The translations under genes were made by a program, and so were the position numbers. From the NCBI RefSeq assembly GCF_000185985.2, contig NC_014909.2, positions 690,001 through 722,000 on the forward strand: a stretch of DNA of 32,000 bases, read 5' to 3'. The notes beneath the pieces are model-generated. The model was given only the letters and a program-made list of their open reading frames with translations. It was not told the DNA's origin and ran no database searches. Below, piece after piece: positions 9,198-17,686 of the stretch; within the stretch, counting starts at the first letter, position 1; the number at the start of each line of letters is the position of its first letter. This DNA comes from Candidatus Saccharimonadota bacterium (GTDB lineage: Bacteria; Pseudomonadota; Gammaproteobacteria; Enterobacterales; Enterobacteriaceae).

Positions 9198-9768
9198 GGA
9201 ATATAGGATAAGTATATGAATTTTTATTATTATTTTTTAATTTTTTTAATTAAAGGAGTAGAAATCCTAAAATTTTTTTTATTTTTTTACATCAAATAAT
9301 ATAAAAATATTTAAATTTTTTTTAAAAAAAATGTGTTTAATAAGAAAAATTTCTAATTTTTATTAATTTTTTATTATTAAATAATAAAAAAAATCACAAA
9401 ATATAAAAAATATATCAAAAAATCCCTTTTTTTTCATTTTTCTTTTTCCAGTTAGGAATATTTCAAATTCTGTAAAACTTCGATAGAATAAAAATCATTC
9501 GTGATTTATATCAATACTCATATATTTTTTATATTGAATTATAAGTTAGGAGGTAAAATTTTTAACAATGATTTTTTGATTAGTATTCGAGCTATTTATA
9601 GCTCTAAAAACGAATTGTCTAAAATTACTTATTGTCTGTACAACATAGAGAGAGTAGTAATTTTCTTGTTTTAGAGTTTCTGGGATGTTTTTGTTTATAC
9701 AGTAACTACACTGTTATTACAAATACAGATCTTATGATTATTTTTAATGCAATTAGAGATATATAATT

Positions 9769-10203
9769 ATGAATAGATTAACAGATATTTCAAATATGGT
9801 AGAATCCTTATCTCGAGTTTATCATCGTCTTCGTAAAGAGGTAAATGGTCAGTTAATTAATGAAGGATTGTCTATGTCCAAAATGAAAATACTCCATCTC
9901 ATCACAACTGGTCAAATTAGTGCAACAGATATTAAGAACTATATGGGGTTTTCATCTAGAACTGTGGTTACAGTTTTAGATGCGTTGGAGAAAGATGAAA
10001 TGTTACGACGACAACAAAGTCTTACAGATAGACGAGTAAAATATGTACATATTACAGAGAAAGGAAGAGATAAATTACGTATAGCTAAAAATACTCATAA
10101 TATAATTTTAGATCGTATATTTTCTCCTTTATCGGAGGTACAACTTAAAAATTTTTATGAAGTATGTCATTTGCTGGAAATTCAACAAAAAACATCTAGA
10201 TAA
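9769..10203 (+). CDS. MarR/SlyA-family winged-helix transcriptional regulator
   Basis: 144-aa ORF. The core LSMSKMKILHLITTGQISATDIKNYMGFSSRTVVTVLDALEKDEMLRRQQSLTDRRVKYVHITEKGRDKL fits the MarR pattern: HTH, then LxxLEkxGlvxR, then the DRR wing, then lTekG. No orthologue at this position in E. coli (dinD-yicG-ligB there). Confidence 0.75.
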   Translation: MNRLTDISNMVESLSRVYHRLRKEVNGQLINEGLSMSKMKILHLITTGQISATDIKNYMGFSSRTVVTVLDALEKDEMLRRQQSLTDRRVKYVHITEKGRDKLRIAKNTHNIILDRIFSPLSEVQLKNFYEVCHLLEIQQKTSR

Positions 10204-10335
10204 ATTTTTATTATTATTTTATTTTATGAACAAAAGTAATATGTTAAACTGATCAGATATTTAAGATTCATATTATGAGTTACTAAGATAGTAGTAACGT
10301 GTTATTTTAAGTTGGTAAATTTTTAAAAATGTAAA

Positions 10336-10390
10336 ATCATGCACCTTCCCCCGGGGAAATTTCTTATTTCCCCGGGGGAAGGTGCATGAT
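10336..10390. repeat. 55-bp GC-rich perfect palindrome (25-bp arms, 5-nt spacer) between the MarR-family gene and gmk
   Basis: atcatgcaccttcccccggggaaat (10336-10360), spacer ttctt, then atttccccgggggaaggtgcatgat (10366-10390). The arms are exact reverse complements, 14/25 G+C, each containing cccggg. Confidence 0.95.
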
Positions 10391-10430
10391 AGTAATCATT
10401 TAATTAAAATAGTAGAATGTTTTAGGGTAT

Positions 10431-11099
10431 ATGAAAAAATGTATAGGTTCATTATGTGCTGTATCTGCTCCCAGTGGTACAGGAAAATCGACATTAATAT
10501 GTGCTTTACAAAAGAAAAATTGTTTATTATTTGATACTCAGTTATCAATTTCTTATACTACTCGTAAGCGCCGTTTTGGAGAAAAACATGGGGTAGATTA
10601 CTATTTTATTTCATTTAAAAAATTTAAGTTTATGATTGATAATAATATGTTTTTTGAGTATGCAAAAATTTTTAATAATTATTATGGAACTGGAAAAAAT
10701 AAAATAGAATCTATGTTAAATGCTGGAACGCATATCATTTTAGATATTGATTGGAAAGGAGTACAGCAAATCAAAAATAGAGTAACTAATTTTTTTACTA
10801 TTTTTATTCTTCCACCTTCAAAAGAAGAATTAGAGCTAAGATTACGTCTTAGGAGAAAAGATACAAATGAAATTATTAGTAATAGAATGAAACATGCTGT
10901 CAACGACATATGTCATTTCAAAGAGTATGATTACATCATTATAAATGATGATTTTAACATTGCATTATTTCATTTACAATCGATTATTTTATCCGAACAG
11001 CTACGCTTAGTATATCAGAAACAACAACATAATGATTTAATTATTGATTTATTGTCTGAAAATTATTGTAAAATAAAGCGAACCTATAGTATAGAATGA
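10431..11099 (+). CDS. gmk: Guanylate kinase
   Basis: 222-aa ORF. [12 protein letters not shown] (P-loop), [45 protein letters not shown] and [10 protein letters not shown] match E. coli Gmk ([67 protein letters not shown]). Confidence 0.92.
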   Translation: [222 protein letters not shown]

Positions 11100-11132
11100 G
11101 TGAATATTACTATTACATAATAGATAAAAAAA

Positions 11133-11309
11133 ATGAATGAAACAACTATAAAGCAATCTTTAAAAACAGAGATAAAAAATAGATTTAATTTGATATTAGT
11201 AGCATCCAGACGAGCAAGACAAATTCAAAATGAAGAAAGAGAGAATTGTTTTGTTAAACAGAATACAAGTAAATGTACTGTTCGTGCTTTTAAAGAAATG
11301 GAACTATAA
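11133..11309 (+). CDS. rpoZ: RNA polymerase omega subunit (short, 58 aa)
   Basis: Too short for the ORF track. ATG 11133 to TAA 11307-11309 translates MNETTIKQSLKTEIKNRFNLILVASRRARQIQNEERENCFVKQNTSKCTVRAFKEMEL. The core IKNRFNLILVASRRARQIQ matches E. coli omega IGNRFDLVLVAARRARQMQ. It starts 34 nt after gmk, as in the gmk-rpoZ arrangement. Confidence 0.8.
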   Translation: MNETTIKQSLKTEIKNRFNLILVASRRARQIQNEERENCFVKQNTSKCTVRAFKEMEL

Positions 11310-12353
11310 TACATATCTTGCATACAAAATAAAAGTCTTTCTTTGATTTAAATTTATCAATTATTATCATTAATTTATGTATTAATTATATATCAAGAAG
11401 GACGGGGTATGCTAAAACAAGCAAGGTATTTTATAAAATTTTTTATATAGCAGAATATAGAATTAAATGGGTGAATTTTATTATATTTGAATACTATAAT
11501 TTAAAAAATTATTATATTGGGGGGTCGTTTATTTTTTGTATCCTGGGTTTAGGTAGAATTTAATAATGAATCTTATATATCATATTGATATATACTATCA
11601 AAGTATGTAATTGTTCACGTATACATTCAAAATATAAATAAAGTTATTGTGTTTTTGTGTTTACCGGTATAAGTAAAATAGTATACTTTCTATTTTTAAT
11701 AGTGGATAATCAATTCTTCATATTGTAGTGTGTGTAAGTATTGCAGTGCTCATTTGAACTTGATATTTTTGAATAAGTGTTAATAAATAACTAGGAAAGA
11801 AAAGTTTCGAATCAGAGTACTGTTGAAATAAGAATCATAATTTCATGATGCTTAAGGTATCAGTATTATTTAGTTTTATAAATAATAAAAAAATATCAAT
11901 AAATTTTGACAAGGATTTATATTAATATTCAATATATTTATATTACTTCAATTATTTAAATAAATTTTTTTATAAAAAATGAAAAATATCACGATAAATA
12001 AGTACATTACAATTGATTATGATATTTTAAGTAAATTTTAGAAATCAATAACATCATTGAACACTACATTAAAACTAAATTAAAAATTATTATTAATAAG
12101 TCGTTGATAAAATCTCCATAAGTATTCAATGTAAAAAGAAATTAGCTACATATAACTTTTTATTATTTGCGTTAAAAATTGAATTTTATTTTTTATAAAA
12201 GAATTTTATTTATTGAATAGAAGATTTTTAATAAATAAATTGTAGTTTTTTAATTTAATATTATAAGATAGAATATAGCAATTATTGTAGTATTTATATA
12301 CTCTATATACTATAGTAGTAATAATTTTTTAAACATTGGTATTATTTTCTTGA

Positions 12354-15206
12354 TTAATGGGCTTGTTCCCAATTTTTTCCAACTCCAATATCTACTTTTA
12401 AAGGAACATTTAAAATAAAACATTCTTCCATAAGTTTTCTAATTTGTTTTACTGCAATATCTACAAATGTATTATTTACTTCAAAAACTAATTCATCATG
12501 TACTTGCATAATCATGTGAACAGGGATATTATCTGTTTGTAACCAAGAATCAATAGATATCATTGCTCTTTTAATGATATCTGCAGCGCTTCCTTGCATA
12601 GGAGCATTAATTGCTGATCTTTCGGCTCCTTTTTTTTGGGATATATTAGAAGAGTAAATATCTGGTAAATATAATTTACGGCCATCTAAAGTGGATACGT
12701 ATCCATTTTTTTTAGCATAATCCTTAATATATTGCATATATTGCATAACTCCAGGATAGCGTTGAAAATATCGGTCTACATATTTTTGAGCTTCTTGACA
12801 TGTTACTGATAATTGTTTTGATAATCCAAAAGCAGTCATACCATAAATTAAACCAAAATTAACAGTTTTTGCGCGCTGTCTTTGCTCTCCTGTCACTAAA
12901 TGTAATGACGTAACAAAGATTTCAGAGGCTGTTGTGGTATGAATGTCTTTTTCTTCAAGAAAATCATTAATTAATTTGAGATCGCGAGATAAATGAGCCA
13001 TAATTCTTAATTCTATTTGAGAGTAATCCGCTGATATAATTAAAGAATTTTCTGGAGCAATAAAGGCTTGCCGTATTTTTCTTCCGTCATAATTGCGATT
13101 GGGAATATTTTGAAGATTAGGATTTGTGGAAGAGAGTCGTCCAGTGGAAGTTCGAGTTTGATTATATGAAGTATGTATACGATTTGACTTTTTATTGATC
13201 ATAGATATTAATTTATTAGTATATGTTGATTTTAATTTAGATAAACTTCTATATTTTAAAATAATCTTGGGTATAGAGTGTTTTTTGGATAATTTTTTTA
13301 GTACTTCTTCGCTAGTAGAAGGAGCTCCATGAGGAGTTTTTTTAAAAATTGGTAATTTTTCTTGATTATATAAGATTTCTTGTAATTGTTTGGGAGAATC
13401 TAAATTAAATGAAGACCCTGTTAATTGATATGCTTGTGTTTTTAAATTGTTTAGCTGAGAATTTAGTTTTATTGAATGAGAATATAAAAATTTTTTATCT
13501 ATTAATACTCCATAATCTTCAATTCTAGAAAGAACGGATATTAATGGTATTTCTATATTTATAAATATTTTTTTTAATTCGTTATGTTGTTTTATTTCTG
13601 TCCATAAAATTTGATGTAAATTTGATATGGCATATATTAATTGCGTTGAACATGATGATTCTAATTGTATATCTCTAATATTTTTTTTAATAAGATATTT
13701 ATTATTATTATAGATTTGTTGGAATTTAAAAATATGATCTAATATTGTAGTTTTATTTAAAAAACGTTTTATATTTTGATAATTAGAAGTGCCATATAAT
13801 ACATATAATTCTAGTATTACATCAAAAATTGGTCCAGATAAATGTATATTATGTTGTTTTAATAAAGAAAAAATAAATTTCATATTATGTCCAATTTTTT
13901 TTATTTTTATATTTTCTAAAATTGGTTTCAAAATAGATAATACTTCTGTTAGATTTAAATACCATTGGTACGTATCGTTATTATTATCTATATTTAAAGT
14001 ATGTTGAATATTGATTGGTATATATGCGTTATGCATGGAATTCATAGTGTATGTAGATATACATATTCCAATGATATTAGGAGTAAAAATATCAAAATTA
14101 TTTGAATATATATTCAAGATAAAACAGTGGTGAGTGTTATTTTGTTTTATCCAATTTGTTAGTGATGAAATATTAGATATAATGTCGTTATTATTACTAG
14201 ATGGGAATGATGGATAATAGTTACATGTATGTGTTATAGTATTTGAAATAAGAGAGGTGTTGCTTAGTTGAGAATTTTGAGTTGATGATTTTTTAGTATT
14301 TTTGTATTTTTTTAACCATGTACCTGCCTGTAGCTCTGATACCCAAGTATTAAATTCGTATTTTTTAAATAATAAAAATAATTGTTGGGAATCAATATTT
14401 TGTATTAATAATTTATAGTCAGATTGGTTTAAAGGAACATCGATTTTCACAGTTGCTAATTTATAGGAAAGGAAGGCTAATTTTTTATTTTTAATTAATG
14501 TATTTTTTATCGATTGGGAATTTCGAAGATTTAAAATGGATATTTTATGTAAGTTTTGATATAGTGTTTGTAGGTTACCGATGTTGTTTAATAAAATTTT
14601 AGCGTTTTTTATGCCTATTCCTGGTACTCCAGGAATATTATCGGAACGATCTCCAATTAATGCTAAATAATCTGCTATTAGATTAGGTGATACCCCAAAT
14701 TTTTTTTTTATTTCTAAAGAGTCCAATATGATATTAGACATAGTATTTATTAAAATAATGTTAGAAGATACAATTTGAGCCATGTCTTTATCTCCAGTGC
14801 TAATTAACACTGTTTTGTTTTTTAGTTGAGCATAAAAATTAGATAATGTTGCGATTACATCATCTGCTTCTACATAAGGTACGCTTAGCGCGGTAATTCC
14901 CATTGCTTTTATTATTGTATTTAGAGGTGTAATCTGAATACATAAATCTTCGGGCATTTGAGGTCGATTCGATTTATATTGTTTAAATAAATCATTACGA
15001 AATGTTTTACCGGGGGAGTCAAATACAATACCCATATGAATAGGTCGATATTTTATTAATAAGCTTCTAATCATGTTTATAACTCCATATATAACCCAAA
15101 CAGGATATCCTGTGCTTGTTGTTAAAGGTGGATATGCATGATATGCTCGATATATATAAAAAGATCCATCTATTAAAATAATTGGATTATCTATAATATT
15201 AGTCAT
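12354..15206 (-). CDS. polA: DNA polymerase I
   Basis: 950-aa ORF colinear with E. coli PolA (928 aa). 5'-nuclease blocks: NPIILIDGSFYIYRAYHA, GDKDMAQ, DNIPGVPGIG. Polymerase motifs: SADYSQIELRIMAHLS, RAKTVNFGLIYGM, QVHDELVFE. The central 3'-5' exonuclease domain is recognisable but degenerate (see findings). Confidence 0.95.
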   Translation of the reverse strand: MTNIIDNPIILIDGSFYIYRAYHAYPPLTTSTGYPVWVIYGVINMIRSLLIKYRPIHMGIVFDSPGKTFRNDLFKQYKSNRPQMPEDLCIQITPLNTIIKAMGITALSVPYVEADDVIATLSNFYAQLKNKTVLISTGDKDMAQIVSSNIILINTMSNIILDSLEIKKKFGVSPNLIADYLALIGDRSDNIPGVPGIGIKNAKILLNNIGNLQTLYQNLHKISILNLRNSQSIKNTLIKNKKLAFLSYKLATVKIDVPLNQSDYKLLIQNIDSQQLFLLFKKYEFNTWVSELQAGTWLKKYKNTKKSSTQNSQLSNTSLISNTITHTCNYYPSFPSSNNNDIISNISSLTNWIKQNNTHHCFILNIYSNNFDIFTPNIIGICISTYTMNSMHNAYIPINIQHTLNIDNNNDTYQWYLNLTEVLSILKPILENIKIKKIGHNMKFIFSLLKQHNIHLSGPIFDVILELYVLYGTSNYQNIKRFLNKTTILDHIFKFQQIYNNNKYLIKKNIRDIQLESSCSTQLIYAISNLHQILWTEIKQHNELKKIFINIEIPLISVLSRIEDYGVLIDKKFLYSHSIKLNSQLNNLKTQAYQLTGSSFNLDSPKQLQEILYNQEKLPIFKKTPHGAPSTSEEVLKKLSKKHSIPKIILKYRSLSKLKSTYTNKLISMINKKSNRIHTSYNQTRTSTGRLSSTNPNLQNIPNRNYDGRKIRQAFIAPENSLIISADYSQIELRIMAHLSRDLKLINDFLEEKDIHTTTASEIFVTSLHLVTGEQRQRAKTVNFGLIYGMTAFGLSKQLSVTCQEAQKYVDRYFQRYPGVMQYMQYIKDYAKKNGYVSTLDGRKLYLPDIYSSNISQKKGAERSAINAPMQGSAADIIKRAMISIDSWLQTDNIPVHMIMQVHDELVFEVNNTFVDIAVKQIRKLMEECFILNVPLKVDIGVGKNWEQAH

Positions 15207-15363
15207 AAAATATTTTATTCATATGGTTTCTTATATGAAACAAATAGGAGGAATTTTATGATAATTAAGTTATCATATTTATTGTTAAAACAGAAGAATA
15301 AATATGATAAAATATGATAGTTTGTTTTAATATATGTTTTTGTTTAAAATTAGCCATATTATT

Positions 15364-15993
15364 TTATTTTTTTTCTATTAATAAATGTAGTAATTCAGAA
15401 AATTGTTGAATATATATTGGAATTGAAGCAATATTTAGTTGATCATTTTTCACCATGTATTTTCCATCTACAAATATTGCTGGAATACTTTTTAATTGAA
15501 AATTGATCGCTGCTTGTTCTTGGTCTTTAATTAAAGATTGAACTAATATACTGTTCCAAGTTGTATCATATGTATCAGCATCAATACCCAATTTTATGAA
15601 TGTTTTTCGAATGTCGTCTATAGTATGAATAGATTGTTGTTTTTGTATTGCTGTAAATAAAAAAGAGCTAACTTGATTTTCTATGCCTAAAGCCATTGCT
15701 ACCGCCCAGGCATGTGTTAATTGCTTTCCTAAATCTCCTATGTAGTTTACATGGTATTTATAAAAAATGATATTTTTAGGTAATTTTTTTTGTATATTGT
15801 TGGAAATATTATAAATCTGTTCAAATTGATAACAATGCGTACAATAAAAAGAAAAAAATTCTAAAATTTTTGGTGCATTGTGAATAGGTTTATGTAACTT
15901 TATATATTGTTTTCCTTCTATAATAGAAGATGACGCATGATTATGTAAATATATGCAAAACGTCATTACTAACAAAAAATATATTGCCTTCAT
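15364..15993 (-). CDS. dsbA: Periplasmic thiol:disulfide oxidoreductase DsbA
   Basis: [47 protein letters not shown] and [10 protein letters not shown] match E. coli DsbA ([58 protein letters not shown]). The ORF extends to 16023, but Met11 (15993) gives a signal peptide of E. coli-like length. Confidence 0.88.
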   Translation of the reverse strand: [209 protein letters not shown]

Positions 15994-16210
15994 TTTATTT
16001 TTACTATTAATATTATTAATCATATGTTAATTATAATTACTTTAGGAGCATGTACATAAACTATTATGTAAAAGTATTACATTAAATTATATTAATTATT
16101 TAATTAAATATGTGAATTAAATATGTATTAAACATTGGGGGGTTTATTTTTATAAATACCTTTTTATTTGAAAAGTTAGCAAAATGTTCTATTGCAATGA
16201 AATTGATTTT

Positions 16211-17686
16211 TCATAGGTTTAATATATTTAATTCATTCCATATGTTATCAATACGAGATTGTGTGTTAGTATTCATTTTAATTGGAATTCCCCAGGTTCT
16301 TTGAGTTTCTCCTGGCCATTTATTTGTAGCGTCTATTCCCATTTTAGATCCTAATCCAGCAATAGGGCTAGAAAAATCAAGATAGTCTATAGGAGTGTTT
16401 TTGATAATTATTATATCTCGGTTTGGATCCATACGAGTAGTCATAGCCCATATAACATCTTTCCAATCTCTAGCATTAATATCGTTATCGCAAACTATAA
16501 CGAATTTTGTATACATGAATTGATATAAAACGGACCATACTCCAAAAATTATTCTTTTAGCATGTCCTATATATTTTTTTTGTATAGTAATTATAGCTAA
16601 TCTATAAGAACAACCTTCTGGAGGTAAATAGAAATCCGTAATTTCTGGAAATTGTTTTTGTATAATAGGAATGAATAATTCGTTCATAGCCATTCCTAGT
16701 ATAGAGGGTTCATCTGGAGGTCGTCCAGTATATGTTGAGTGATAAATTGGATTATTTCTATGAGTAATATGAGTAATAGTACAAACTGGAAATTGTTCAA
16801 TAGAATTATAATATCCTGTATGATCTCCAAATGGACCTTCTGGAGCCATATTATTACGTTCTATATATCCTTCTAGCACAATTTCTGAATGGGCTGGAAC
16901 ATACAAGTCGCATGAGACGCATTTTATAATTTCAGTTTTACTGCCTCTGAGTAAGCCAGAAAAAGCATATTCTGATAGTGAGTTAGGAACAGGAATAACC
17001 GCGCTGATTAAAGTTGCTGGATCAGCTCCTATTGCTATAGCAATAGGGAATTTTTTTTCTGTAGAATTTATGCACCATTCTTTAAAGTCTAATGCTCCTC
17101 CGCGATGAGGAAGCCATCTTATAATTATTTTATTTTTAGATAACACTTGTTGACGATAAATACCTAAATTTTGTCGTTTATTGTGAAAGCCACGAGTTAT
17201 TGTAATGCCCCAAGTGATTGCACGGGTGATATCTTGTGGCCAGGATTTCATTATTGGCATACGTGTAATATCAACGTCTTGTGTATATTGTATGTTTTCT
17301 TGACATACGCCCTTTTTTAAAATTTTAGTAGGCATATGTAAAATATGTTTAAAATGAGTCATTTTAGATAGCAAATCTAATAATCCTTTTGGAGGTGTTG
17401 GTTCTTTTAAATAAGCTAATATTTTTCCAATATTGCGTAGGGATGAAATATTATTGTTTTGATTTATAGCTAATTCTATTCTATGAGTTGTGCCAAATAA
17501 ATTACATAACACGGGAATAGAATATCCTATAGGATTAGTAAATAATAATGCTGGGCCTTTAGCTTTAATGGTACGATTTGCAATTTCAGTAATTTCTAAA
17601 TTAGGATCAATAGGAAACATTATTTTTTTTAGTAATTTTTTTTGCTCTAAAGTCTTAATAAAATCGCGTAAATCTTTATATTTCAT
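16211..17686 (-). CDS. ubiD: 3-octaprenyl-4-hydroxybenzoate carboxy-lyase (ubiquinone biosynthesis)
   Basis: High identity to E. coli UbiD over the full length ([68 protein letters not shown]). The ORF extends to 17734; the Met at 17686 aligns with the E. coli N-terminus (MKYNDLRDF). Confidence 0.92.
   Translation of the reverse strand: MKYKDLRDFIKTLEQKKLLKKIMFPIDPNLEITEIANRTIKAKGPALLFTNPIGYSIPVLCNLFGTTHRIELAINQNNNISSLRNIGKILAYLKEPTPPKGLLDLLSKMTHFKHILHMPTKILKKGVCQENIQYTQDVDITRMPIMKSWPQDITRAITWGITITRGFHNKRQNLGIYRQQVLSKNKIIIRWLPHRGGALDFKEWCINSTEKKFPIAIAIGADPATLISAVIPVPNSLSEYAFSGLLRGSKTEIIKCVSCDLYVPAHSEIVLEGYIERNNMAPEGPFGDHTGYYNSIEQFPVCTITHITHRNNPIYHSTYTGRPPDEPSILGMAMNELFIPIIQKQFPEITDFYLPPEGCSYRLAIITIQKKYIGHAKRIIFGVWSVLYQFMYTKFVIVCDNDINARDWKDVIWAMTTRMDPNRDIIIIKNTPIDYLDFSSPIAGLGSKMGIDATNKWPGETQRTWGIPIKMNTNTQSRIDNIWNELNILNL

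Noticed and set aside
9546-9579. Perfect Shine-Dalgarno AGGAGGT followed by ATG ATT TTT TGA (3-codon mini-ORF) upstream of the MarR-family gene
   Set aside because: The SD-to-ATG spacing (~13 nt) is long and the ORF is only 3 codons. One AGGAGG by chance is about what I would expect in ~10 kb of G-skewed spacer, and I saw no attenuator-like alternative pairing.
10279-10308. gttacta-agatag-tagtaac hairpin followed by gtgttatttt as a terminator for the MarR-family gene
   Set aside because: The stem is only 7 bp, AT-rich, with a weak T-tract. It is plausible but indistinguishable from background hairpins here, so it is not annotated as a feature.
11516-11540. Shared motif ATTGGGGGGT..TTTATTTTT at 11516-11540 and 16134-16152 (two G6 runs), possibly related to the G9 at 31849
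   Set aside because: There are only two copies, the match is short and half of it is T-run, the contexts are unrelated (rpoZ-polA spacer vs ubiD-dsbA spacer), and the G9 flank does not share the motif. This is insufficient to call a repeat family without a genome-wide count.
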